A stretch of DNA of 63,436 bases, the filler included, from Octopus bimaculoides (lineage: Eukaryota): assembly GCF_001194135.2 (NCBI RefSeq). It is 5 parts of 5 records of this genome, joined end to end, with 100 filler letters (N's around TTAATTAATTAA, not from the genome) between each part and the next. Parts side by side here need not be neighbours in the genome. Positions count along the whole stretch, not along the records: positions 1 to 14,245 come from NC_068995.1; 4 more parts are not named here. The stretch is one strand, 5' to 3'. Below are positions 1-12,182 of the stretch, piece by piece. Made by a program: the position numbers and the translations under genes. The notes beneath the pieces were generated by a model, which did not search any database, was not told where the DNA came from, and was given only the letters and a program-made list of their open reading frames with translations. Position 1 is the first letter of the stretch. Each line of letters begins with the position of its first letter.

Positions 1-32
1 AAATAAGCTGTTATTCGTCAAGGTGTTGTTAG

Positions 33-129
33 AAGTCAGATCGTCCTTCCAGCGACACCAGATGCAATGGAACCGAGAAGTTCTTGAAATGCGTGGCTAG
101 ACAGGAAGGTGGTGGTGTCTTTGTGCCTG
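33..129 (+). CDS. Candidate internal coding exon of an unidentified gene (KSDRPSSDTRCNGTEKFLKCVARQEGGGVFVP)
   Basis: Stop-free frame from TTGTTAG| (alternative acceptor TCCTTCCAG| at 53) to a strong donor CTG|GTGAGC at 130; non-repetitive and GC-richer than flanks; no homologue recognised. Confidence 0.3.
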
Positions 130-161
130 GTGAGCCTTTGTGAGTTCTTGGAAGTCGACAA

Positions 162-615
162 TGTGTGTGTGTGTGTGTACCAGATGTATGAGCGTGTGGA
201 TGTGGGTGTGTTGTCTATATGAGTGTGTGCGTACGTTTATGTTGTGTGTGTATGTGCGAATACGTGTGCATTAGCGCCTGCTCTATGTCTGAAAATCCGC
301 GAACTTATTTAAAATGCATGTAAAGGCGTGTTCTTGCATTTCTGAACAAACGTATGAGTATGTGCGTAGAACATATATGCCTGCGTGCACACACACACAC
401 ACACGCATACATGCATACACACACGTATACATACATGTATGTACGTATACGTCCCCATTCGTCCCTCCCATACCACCCAACCGCTTTCTCACGGCCCTCA
501 CCTCACCAATGTTGTTGCAACTACACTAGCATACACCTATTACACCCGCACAGAAATATTAAAAACATGAATACATATATATGTACACACATACGCGCAC
601 ACCAAATAAAACAGA
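162..615. repeat. Compound (GT/CA/AT)n microsatellite region
   Basis: Degenerate dinucleotide runs; source of the spurious HTHT/CVCV ORFs. Confidence 0.9.
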
Positions 616-1379
616 TGCACGCACGCATATATGTTCTTCCAGGCATATATGCACGTTTAACCATTATATTCCTATAATGGTTAAACGTGCTGTTGTCTGG
701 TCTACGGTAACACCTTGGTTTATAGATTTTTCGTTTTTGCTGGACGTGTTACAATTGACATTAGCTTTCAAATTTCCCTTGAATTGTATTAACTTTCTGA
801 AAGGTATTAAATCTAGAGAGAAAGAGATATTTTGTTTTTTTCCGATGGAGTTCCATCTTACTCTGAAACTTAAGGAGAAGCCTCACTATCTGTATATCTT
901 TTAGGAGGTGAAGCTTCATGTCGTCCTCTGGACATATAATCTGGGTCGACGCTATGAGCTTGCAGGTTAATTAATAGCATAAACCACAATATCAAGTTCA
1001 CCATGGAACGTTGTCAAAACAACTAATATTTCTACATCTTAAGTTTAAAAGGAGATACTACCACTGACACTAACATATACATTAAAGCACCAGATTCATA
1101 ACAACGTTGCTATTTTCTTCCTGCAATGAAAGCATACAGATATTAATATACATTTTAACCTGTAAATAAAAGCCTGCACAATTGTATCCAATTCCGAGGA
1201 GAAACTTAAATATACATTACTCAAAACACGATACCATTTCACTTTAAACAATTGCAGAATACAACGAAAAACATCCAAGAATAATGAAAAAAAGAACCTA
1301 CCACCATTACCACCTGACACCCTTGGTACTTCACCATATATAAAAATATCAAGTGCAAGAAACAGGGAAATATAAAACA

Positions 1380-1745
1380 TCAGAATATCTCTTTTGATGA
1401 ACGACCTACGATTGACATACGCACCCAAAGTATACAATATAATTAAAAGTAAAACATATCGTCGATCTTTAGCAATCTGCTTGCTAGTGCCAAATTATCC
1501 ACCAAAATTATATAAACACAAATGTCCAACAGTGCAATGTCCTTGTGGAATCTACATAAACAGCATGGAAATCTCTATTTATGAATTTAAATCAGGTGAT
1601 TCATCGTTAATGTGTATCAATATATTCAAATTATGTTATGAAATACGGTAGGTGTAGTGCAGACTACATTGGAGAAACGGACTTTACTCTAAGTGACAAA
1701 ATAAGGGTACACCACCAGCAGAAACGGCATCTCAAAACCCTAAAC
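1380..1745 (+). mobile_element. Decayed Penelope-like element, GIY-YIG endonuclease region
   Basis: Cys-rich linker (KHKCPTVQCPC) followed, after frameshift/stop, by C-S-A-D-Y-I-G-E-T-D-F-T-L-S-D-K-I-R-V-H (YIGET at 1665-1679), the GIY-YIG second motif. Confidence 0.55.
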
Positions 1746-3934
1746 ATACCCGTGATGTTGTTGTTCCTTACCCCTAGGTCTATCCTGATCTAACAGACAT
1801 ATGATCAGAGTTGTTCCAAATGTGATTACTCTGTATTTTATACAGACATAGTGTATCCAAGACTGCATTATTTAATGTGTTCTTCATTGTTTAACCGTAG
1901 ATTAGTCCTTATCAAAGGGACCTGTTATAAGAATGTAATATAAATCATCTTTTATTTTGTTGGTAAAGTGTGTTATTTTGTTAGTTTAGCTGCTATTTGT
2001 GTGCGTGTGTGCGCGTATGTATGCGCTTATGCACATATACACACAGACATGTCAAAAGCAAGTAGACACACACTAATTATGCTCTTCTTACTTTGCAAAC
2101 GGTATTGGTGCTTAGCATTTGTTAATGTGTTTGCCCAAAGAGCAAACATCTCAAACCAATATATCAAGAACCCTCACTCCATTTCCGATCATAAAAGGGA
2201 AAGCTGTTTATTAAGAAATATATAGTAAAACTAAATGAGTTTAAAGGTATGTATTATCCTGACGGTTACCGTATTTCCTCTTAATTCGGTTTCAGATATC
2301 GGCTCACGACGATGTTCCTTTTGTGGTACCCGAGTTAACAACAAGTTGCTCGGCTCTACTGACTTTCCTCGCTTCGTAAATCCGAGTGTCCTATTCAGGA
2401 CTACATAACTTCTGTAGAGTAAGTAATACTATTAATAAGGATAGGTAGAGAGGAGATTTTTGCACTTCCATAAATGTTAGAACTATCAATGAAGGATTTC
2501 TTTATTGGATATATTCTTTAACTTATTCTCATGAACCTCACTTAACAGACTAAATGACAATATCACATCTCTACATGAAACTCAATGCAGATGTAGTAGA
2601 AAGTTAACTATCATAAATAAGGTTTTGGTTACTTTGACCGTCATGCACATCCACGGGAAATGTGTGGTAGAAACAAGGTATTACATTCAATACATACAAA
2701 TGGTCGGACTTATAGCATTACTTGTACCGTGTGTGATTGAATCTCTGCTTAACGATATGAAAGATCATAGGGCACAAGTGAACTTCCGTTCTAAACATTT
2801 TGTAGTTACAGTGGAATGCAGAGCTGCGTGCTTGCACCAAAGAAATTCTCTTTAGGAGAGAGGCTGAAAGAAAAAGGATACAGATCAACCGAAATTCAGA
2901 ACATACAGAAAAGACCCGATACAAAATTTGTATGGCATCGCAGTTCAAAGCTAATGCAGATATATGTTTGTATGGTAATATATCGGCATCGATGTTTATA
3001 TACTTGTATTGCAATAAACAGAGAGCATGCATAACGTGGTCTCAGTATTTTCATATGGTGCAGTCAAATTATTTGCTTTGAAAATAAACTGGAATTTTTT
3101 TATGAGCCAAGCCCTGATTCGAAGCAAGCGGCACAACCGACGTTTCCTGGTAGAGACAAGTAATATAGTCTATCTGGGCAGTACAGTTTGTTAGTCCCGC
3201 TAAAGCACTATGTCTCAGGAAGAGGATGTCCAGCTGGTCTTTCAGAATGTGGAGATAGCGATTGATTAACGCCAAGCATTTCTCGGTACAAATGAATTGT
3301 CTTAGTATTCTAACTGTTATATGGACTAGAAGAAGCGATAATCTATCTATAATAACTAAAACAAAATTGCCTCATTCTTCATAAGTCAGCTGGAAGAGAT
3401 TAGAAACATCACTTGTTAAAATACTCTCATCAATAACATCACGGGAGATAAAGTTATGGCTAAAATCATTGAAAAGACGAAACTAAAATGAAATCTGTGG
3501 CAACTTGAGTATATGCAAACAATGGAGGAAATTCGAACGACAGGGTAGATATTCTACGCACAGTTGAGTTGTGGTAGTAAAAATCAAAACATCCGAGTGA
3601 ATTATATGGAAATGTGTAAAATGACATCAGCTAATAGGACGATTGATAGATCATGGCCGACAACAGAAGGAGACAGCGACTAAACGTGGAGATAAACTGA
3701 GTTCATAATCTGCGACAAATATATTTACTTAGTATGTCATTCTCGACTCTCGGTAGTCACCCTATGATACGTTGACAAACATTCGTGCACGCATACATAT
3801 ATGCATAGTTATATACATATATATATACATACATACATACATACATACTTACATAGATACATGTATGCATGCATTTTTTTCTGTGTGCTCAGTACTAGTC
3901 AGAGGGCTGGTGATTGAGTATTGTTGAGCAAGAT

Positions 3935-4065
3935 GATGAGTTTTTAGTGAGAATGATGATGATGATGGTAGTGTGATAATGATGATCATGGTGGTGGCAG
4001 CCGCGTTGATGGTGATGATGATGACAATAATGATGGTGATGGCAATGATGATGACCAGTACAAGG
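3935..4065. repeat. Degenerate (GAT/GGT)n trinucleotide repeat
   Basis: Directly visible triplet runs. Confidence 0.85.
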
Positions 4066-4106
4066 AAGAACACTGAGAATAAATATTATATGTGAGTGTG
4101 TGTGTG

Positions 4107-4260
4107 GGGGGGATGGCCTAGTGGTTAGGTGTTGCGCTCACGATGCGACCGTAAACTCATTGTTTCAATTGCTAGACCGGGTTGTGTCTTGTTTTCTTTA
4201 ACAGAACACTTTATCTCACATTGCTCTGCGATCAATTTGAGAGCTGATGCGGGGCACTCC
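4107..4260 (+). mobile_element. tRNA-derived SINE head (CORE-like)
   Basis: A-box-like TGGCCTAGTGG, degenerate B box, followed by CORE-like GTGTCTTG...ACACTTTATCTCACATTGCTC. Confidence 0.5.
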
Positions 4261-4272
4261 ATGTATCTGTTC

Positions 4273-5177
4273 ATATTGAACAGTTCAGCTCTTTATCATA
4301 AAAGAGGCTCGTTACAGTTACTACTGGCGTCAATTGTCGAAATATATAAACTGGAGAAGGTACGAACGGTGATGATTCTGAGAAAGTCTAAGGACATGAA
4401 AATCAGGCATAATCCACCAGATATGAAAACAGCCAGGAAGTGGAATGCAGAAGCAGAGACTGATAACATCCTGTCTTCGCTTATACAGCCAGATATGGTG
4501 AGTATAATGCAAATTCATCGGAAGGGACTTGGTTTTGGTGCAGATCGGTTCAGACCGTTTGCAAGTATGATGCGGAGCAAACGCAGATCTGTTGTCAGCA
4601 ACAACATCAACACGAGAGAAGCAGAGAGAATAGAGGTTCATTTGATCCGATGCATTCAACAAGGACCGATGACGAAATAAGAGGAACATGTTGGGAGAAA
4701 ATTAAGTTGGGATGAGATATGGAGGTGGACCACATCTCGGCTAAGGTTTCTGATTCGTTCATCCCATGATGTGTTGCCATCACCTGCAAATCTAGTAAGA
4801 TAGAACGCTTCAGAGAATTATATATGCAAATGGGGAAAGGTGGGAACCTTAAAACATATTCATAACTGTTCATTAGCATTGAACAGGTATACGCGGTGAC
4901 ACAACCTCGTTCTTAAGGTTATCGTCAATGCTATATGGAACCAAACTGATATCAACAACAATGAAAAATAACCGTTGAAAGTACCAACACTAGATTTCAT
5001 TACGTTCGTGCGCTCAGGACAGCAGTTCCGTTTCAAGAAGAACAACAACAAACATCCTGTGAGCGATGAAAAGAAGAACGGCTATTGGTAGGTGACTGCA
5101 GATTTACTAGGGTGCCAGAGACTCTTTCCCATTCCAGTTATGAAAAAACGGACATTTTAATGTGGTATGAAGGAAAG
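4273..5177 (+). mobile_element. Hero/R2-like (RLE-type) non-LTR retrotransposon fragment A: post-RT region, zinc knuckle, start of restriction-like endonuclease
   Basis: LNSSALY..GSLQL..IVEIYK..RKW..GLG, then LSWDEIW..LRFLIRS.HDVLPSPANL, C..GTLKHI..C, RYTR*HN.VLK, W*VTADL and an (R/P)DILMW-type motif ending near 5177; stops and frameshifts present. Confidence 0.8.
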
Positions 5178-6084
5178 ATATGAATCGCTTAAGAAAGCCT
5201 TCATGGATGACGTGACACTTCTATTAAGGGACGACGAAATCATGCAGAGGGCCCTCTTGAGACTATACAAATTTGTGAGGTGAGCAAGTAAGCGGTTTAG
5301 AGCAAAAAAGTCCCGTAGCCTGGCATTTGTTAAGGGAGTACAGAAAGAATTAAAGTTTCGAATAGCTGAAGAAAGCATTCCATCAGTCAAAGAAGAACCC
5401 GTCAAGAGCTTGTGGCGAGTATATACTGGAACAATGTCAGATAGGAGTCGCGGAATGGAAATTATTAAACAAGCCGAGGTTGGATTATCAGCGATTGATA
5501 ACTCAAAGTTACCAGGTAACTATAAAATTTGGTGCTTGCAGTTCGACTTGTTTCCGCGACTTCCGTGGCCACTTTCAATATAGGATGTAGCATTGTCACG
5601 AGTTCAAATCATTGAACAAAATCGTAAAGTGTTCATTAGAAAGTGGCTAGGCCCACCCTGGATATTGAACAGTTCAGCTCTTTATCGTAAAAGAGGCTCA
5701 TTGCAGTTACCACTGGCGTCAATTGTCGAAATATATATACTGGGGAAGGTACGAACGGTGAAGATGCTGAGATAGTCGAAGGACATGGAAATCAGGCGTA
5801 ATCCACCAGATATGAACACAACCAGGAAGTGGAAAGCAGAAGCAGAGACTGATGACATCCTGTCTTCGCTTATACACCGATATATGGTGGGTGCAATGCA
5901 AATTCATCGGAAGGGACTTAGTTTTGGTGCAGATTGGTTCAGACCGTTTGCAAGTATGATGCGGAGCAAACGCAGATCTGTTGTTAGCAACAGTGTCAAA
6001 AACGAGGGAAGCACAGGGAACACAGCCTCATTTGATCCAATGCATTCAACAAGGATCAATAGCGAAATAGGAGGAACATGTTGA
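5178..6084 (+). mobile_element. Hero/R2-like fragment B: RT catalytic region through thumb/post-RT
   Basis: One frame with three in-frame stops (5281, 5581, 5773): AFMDD at 5197-5211, KSRSL..KG, PVKSL, SKLPGNYKIWCLQF..PRL.WPL, IRKWLG.P..LNSSALY; 5662-6084 is a diverged duplicate of 4273-4693. Confidence 0.85.
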
Positions 6085-6519
6085 GAAATATATCCATTTT
6101 GTCCACAGTTGATTATTGCTACAAAACACCAAATCCAACATCAACTCTCAAACATAAACAGTTATATGTCTATAGCTACAAAACAAACAAATTAAGATAC
6201 AGAAAATAGAAAGAGAAATATCGTCAGAACGGACATTGCCTCCCCAACGAGCTTAGAAAGAAAAGAAAAACATTAAAACAAAATGGTAAAGACGACGAAT
6301 TAAACAGAAGTTATTGAATATAGCATTGGGGAACGTGGCTTTTTCTCTGGTGTTGGAAATTTGTTTCCTAATAATTTGGGGAACTGATATCAAAACTGAA
6401 ATCCATATTACTCTATCACATCAATATTTTTTACTAACACGAACGTCCATTTTTCAACATTTTCCATCTTTGCGCTATTACTAAGAATAGATTTGACTTC
6501 AGCAAATGCAGACTGATGC

Positions 6520-7960
6520 ATGGAGCTTGATGTAACTGAAAACAATTCATAATTAAAGTACCTTCAGTAACTAAGAAGGATTAAACTGGAGTAACTTGCA
6601 TTATTTTCCATGTAACTAATTTCTAAATGTCATGATAATGACAGAAATCTCCTTTATACTGTTAGATGTTAATAAGCAACGCAATTCTGTGAACCTTGCC
6701 TTCATAAATGTCTGGTATTTGTGGTCTTTGTCTACAGATATGGCCTCATAACGCTTGATTTAGTGTGACTATCATGCCAAACCAGGTAAGATATGTTTTA
6801 TAGAACAGTTATGAATTTCTTATGAAAATTGGTATTTTGAATATGCCCTAAAGTTATTAATTATGAGGTCACTTGTGTCAAGGTCACTCTTTGGCAAGCA
6901 TGGTCAGAGAGCTGCAGAAAGAAATTTATAGTATGTATGCTCTCTACGGAGTTTACCTTCACAAATATGAATTTGCTTACTTAATAACTATTAATAATTC
7001 TGAAAATGGTTTTCACAGGTGACTACAGGTTTGAATATCATTTGTATTTTAGATATATGCGCTCTTGTGAGAGAGGAAAATGCAAAATTAACCCGACAAC
7101 TTCTGTTATATTTGTGGATGTTACACTTTACCCAGGTAGCGAAACAAAATCATAGATTGTGTAAAAAATGCTTGCCTTACTATGGCATGAAACAAAACCT
7201 TGGTGATCAAAGGAAAGCCTGTGTACCTTATATAATGTGCAAAACGTGTGTGTGTTGAAGCACCGAGACATTGACGTTTTGAAATATATAAGCAGAAAGC
7301 TTTACCCTATGAGAAAATTAACGCTGGTGCATTTGACGGGCTACAGATAACATAGCAATTGCAGGACGAGCAGTCTTTGCAGACCATGACTGGCACTGAA
7401 AAGAAGCATGTAATGTTTTTACAACGATTGTGTTTGATTTCTTGATAAACAGGAAGTCATCAAATCATATCAGTTTTCTAATCAGTTTTCGAGTACTTTT
7501 CCTTCAAAGTCATCTGGACTACTTCTTAGAAAATCATAATGCAATAAATGGTGAGCACTGAGAAAAATTTCACCAAGACATAGAGACTAGTTTTCAAGGC
7601 AGGGGGAACACAAACATGATGGCTAACTACTGCTGGTCTCTGTAAAGAGAGTGTCGTGATGTAAGTTATTCACACAAAACAAAAAAGATGTCCACTCCTT
7701 GAGTAGCTGAAACTCCAGTTAGAAAGAAATATCTATACTCATGTGTTATTAAATATTTTGTGTAATACATTTGTTAAACAAAAAAGACCTATTAAGCTTG
7801 TGCTAGTTTCTTATTTCAATAATTTATTTAGCGGCTATTTCACAATTTCTTGTGAAAAAAAAAGAGATTCTTCTTTAACAGAAAACTTGACGTGATAGAA
7901 AGTTTTTGAAGGCATTTCTGAACCCAGCATCATCAAATTACGTAGAACTAAATGTAAAAA
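6520..7960 (+). mobile_element. Internally deleted Chapaev3-like (CMC superfamily) DNA transposon
   Basis: N-terminal DNFCYICG (7095-7118) and LGDQ..VP.IMCKTCV; C-terminal EKINAGAFDG.QI, HLDYFLEN..GEH*EKFHQDI (FHQDI 7568-7582) and MMANYCWSL*RE; central catalytic region missing; ends approximate. Confidence 0.75.
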
Positions 7961-8299
7961 GCAAAGGAACGAAATTTTGCTTTGGAAATTATTCCTAGGT
8001 GTTATCAATAAAATAAGTATCGGAGCAGCCCTATTACTTAAGGACAACCAACATAATATTGATTCTGAGAGTAAGCTATAGAAAAATAATGACTTGCTAG
8101 GAAAAAAACTAACTGTTGATTTGAAATCATGCCAATTGTTGCCTAATTCTAACTCAACAAAGATTATGTGCAAAAGTTTTTCCCCTAGTAGCCGAAAACA
8201 AATGATGCAAATGCATAACAGGCAAAATAATAATGACCTAAGTACTAATCACCCAACAACTGTAAGTGTATACATCGATTAAAGACTATGAGCACATAA

Positions 8300-9600
8300 T
8301 TATGTCTAGAAAACAATATATAAGAAGCATTTAAAGCACGAAAACATTTACAACGAACCAAACGTAAATTAACGGAATAATATGTCACGTACAATTAGGC
8401 TTCAGTTGTCTCAAAACAACAAGATATGGTAATGAACTAATGCACACCAATATTTACTAAATATAACCCTTAATCATAGAAAATATATTTGAAGGAATAT
8501 TACTACCAAAAGACACAATTAATAGATACCTTACTACAACACCCAATTAACATACTTGCAAACATAAGAATGAACGAAATGTAAACCAATGGAATAAAAT
8601 ATCACTTCAACTATTAGGCATCATTCGATCGCAACATAGCAATATATTTGTGCAGCCCTAGAACCATTAAATACTAACTTTAATAATAGAAAATATATTT
8701 AAAGCAATATTTTCCCATAAAATAATATATTATATACTTGATAAAAAGAATCAAATTGCAATTAAAATACTCAATGTATAAGAGCATCATACTGCTCACA
8801 TTTTGCGAAGAATGAAAAGAAAATAATAACTTTTCTCTCCACTTATTCGCTTTTAAGAGCCAAAAGGGTGAATGCCCAGAATTACTCCCAGCGGAAGTGA
8901 CATTGTACACAATGATATAAAACAATACGTGTAATACGCAACACTCTGCCTAAAAATGTAAACAATGACATTACATTCAATACTAGTCAAACCCAAACAT
9001 TCAGAAAATTTATACTATAATTATAAACTAGAATTTAATCAGGATTTCTCAAAATTTTACTATGACACCCGAAGCAACAGTTAAAACATTTGATTATCAT
9101 TTTTCCACCGGAACTTTGTTTCTCCATGTGTACAATTAGACTTTAATTCTTTTCAAAGATAAACCAATCTCATTTATTGCGCTCCTTTACCAGACTGGAA
9201 AACTAGACTGGAAAACACGATATAGCCTACTCCTAGCAGATTTCTACATAATGCCCAGGGCCAAAAATATAATACGAAAATAAGTCCTCAGCTTTTTATA
9301 AACGCTACTCACATGGTTTTAACAAAACAAAACTTAAAAAAACAAATAGGTAACCTCATCTAGCAAGACCCTCTTTATATTCCGTACAAGATTTTTTAGA
9401 TATAATTTTCCATGCAAATATTCAAAATAAACGTAGCTAGGAATAAATATATCATAGCCATTATTTGCTGTAACAACTAAGCCGTCTGCCTAAACTTATT
9501 TGTTTCTCTTGGAAAACTATAATAAAGCTAAATTCACTTCAAGTTTTAAAAATATCACCTAATAAAAGGCTGCAATTACCACATACTTGAATACCCTTAA
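8300..9600 (+). mobile_element. Possible highly decayed L1/Tx1-like RT fragment
   Basis: A-rich strand with only faint motif echoes (ASFDR near 8620, LTFNTSQTQ near 8970, VKHL-like near 9080); no intact motif. Confidence 0.2.
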
Positions 9601-10048
9601 TTTGTTTAAATACCATCTCCGTTATAGCAATATCTGTTATTGACGAAAAGAAGAGCAGCGTTCCTTAGTCATTTAAACAATAAACATTCATTATAATTAG
9701 TCCTGGAGGATAGAATAAAGCTTCACAGTTTCCAAATGATATAGATTCATAACCTTTACCAACCACACATCAATGAATTTAAATATATCTTCTTCCTCCC
9801 ACCTCAAATCTGGATTAGTGTTACACTGTAGAGGATTCATGCACATGTTTTGCCTGAACTACTTTAATGATTTGCAGCTTGACTTAAAATTTTAACTCAG
9901 AACCAAATTATTTTTAAAATCCTTTCCAATACCTCATTATCACTGACCTGACAGTATTAAATGCATTATTTTGGAATGTTTTATAACAATAACTGGACCA
10001 TGAATGTCCAACAATTAAGTCTGTGCACAGATAATATTGAAGCTATAT

Positions 10049-10235
10049 CACGCCGAGCGAAATGCTTAGCAGTATTGTGTGTCTTAAAGTTCTGAGTTCA
10101 AATTCCGCCGAAGTCGACTTTGCCTTTCTTCCTTTCGATAAATTAAGTACCAGTTGTGTACTGGGGTCGATCTAATAGACTGCCCCCATTCCCCCAAAAT
10201 TTCAGGCCTTGTGTCTAGAGTAGAAAAGAATATTG
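10049..10235 (+). mobile_element. SINE family A (5'-truncated)
   Basis: B-box GTTCTGAGTTCAAATTCC, GTCGACTTTGCCTTTC, GATAAATTAAGTACCAG, CAGGCCTTGTG tail; homologous to 28075, 29080, 29504, 47494. Confidence 0.85.
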
Positions 10236-10598
10236 AAGATATATATTGTATGATACAGATGTGGCTTTCACAGGTCTTTATTGAATTACTATAGATATAC
10301 AAAAACATCAGCAAAAACGTGCAACAAATGCAAGAACAAATAGTGTCAATATACAGTATTAGAAAATGTTGCAGCCCAACCAGTTTATTATTTTGACAAC
10401 TTGTGACGCGTTCCTAGTCAAGCTGCTCTGCTATTGTATTGTACATATACTTATGCATTATTTTCAATGTTATCACTGAATGTGTTCAACGTTTCTACTA
10501 TATCCATGTCCTTACATGGTGAATATGGAAGAAATAGTTATTGAAGTGGTATTGCGTTTTCGATCCATTTGATGTCTTTTAATTTCTCCTGCTCTTAG

Positions 10599-10679
10599 GT
10601 GTAAACCATCTTTTACAGACCAGCATAGCTTCGGTGCCTGGTGGTCTAACAAAGCTGCAGACTCCGTGCCTTTAGAAGA
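10599..10679 (+). CDS. Candidate 81-nt symmetric (phase 2-2) exon, xCKPSFTDQHSFGAWWSNKAADSVPLE
   Basis: Strong polypyrimidine acceptor TCTTTTAATTTCTCCTGCTCTTAG|, donor GA|GTAAAA; only one + frame open; no homologue recognised. Confidence 0.35.
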
Positions 10680-12182
10680 GTAAAAGTGTGTTTTATAACA
10701 TATAAGGTCTGTATATATTAATACACACATACATACATACACACACATATATGTGTGTGTTCGTGCGTGTGCGTGTGCGTGTGCGTGTGCGCGTGTGTGT
10801 CTGTGTGTGTGTAAAGGTTAAATATATTTATGATTTTTCTCACTATACATGATGTAACATGGGATAGTGATTAATGTGAATACGTAATATTCGGCTATTA
10901 ACAAACACTCTCACACACACGCTTGCGCACACGCACACATACACAGTGCTCCAGCATGGATGCAACCGTTCCACTGAAAATAATACAAAAATCTGAGTGT
11001 TTGTGTGTGTTTGTGTGTGTGCGTGTGTGTGAGCGTGACTTTGTGAGTGTACGTGCAAGTGCTTGTATGTAGGTGTGTATCTGTAAGAATGCTCCTTACC
11101 ACGTGAACATGTAAAGCTGAGTTTTCGAATTATTTCTTGAATTATTCCAATAATCAGAACACCATTGAGATATTTTATATTTATGATGTCTAAGTTCCTG
11201 TCTGTCCTAAATAACAGTTAAAATTTAAATGGCTGCACATACTAAATGCCTGTAGGTTTCAAAACTAGACACGTTTAAATAATAGGTTAATACTTTGAAC
11301 GAAAACGTCATGCCTGCTTGTCTCGAGTTGGGCATGTAGTGCCTCCAGAGATATAAGTGTTAATGGCAGTCATACTGCATGTCGTCATCAGCCAACACAA
11401 TACTGACTCACATCATTTTGCATGCAATATTTGGGAACACTTCCTTTGACATTTGACAAAGAAACAAAATAATTATTATTTATGTATTATGTAAATGTCA
11501 TATTCCTTTCTCTTTTTCTTTGTTCATTAATAAATAACGAGTAATATAATATGAAAGTATTATACAAAATAAAATATATAATATGTATATAAAATACATT
11601 ATTCAGAAAATAAAAATAAACAGCACTAATGTCCCATGTGCATCGAGGATTATTTGAAGCAACCTTCTCTATCTGAATAACTGTGTTCATACAAGATTAT
11701 TTATATGAAATAGCAAAGACAGGAAGAAAAGCCATTCATAATTATCCTCCATAATTTCTGTTTTCCTCGACCCCTTCTCCTCTTAATCATTCTCAACATT
11801 ATGATAATGTTGTCATCATTGCAATCCTCCTCCTCCACTTCTTCATCATCATCGTCGTCGTCATCATCATCATCATCATCATCATCAAAATTATCATCAC
11901 GGCCACTGTTCTCAGCATATCATAGTGTTTCATTCTCTTGTCTATGCACCCGGTTTCCCTTTTTTATTTTCATTAGTTGAGATCACATTCCTTTTTATTT
12001 TTTTCCATTATCTCAGTACTCATTATGTTCATTCTTATTTGTTTTCTGCACTCGAATTTGATTAATAATACAACCATTAGATACACAGTATTTGAATTTT
12101 CCATTCATATTCTGTCGCTGCGTAGCTTAGCATAACTGCTCGAGATTGTTTTGCAGTAGAATTATGGGAATTTACCGCTAGG

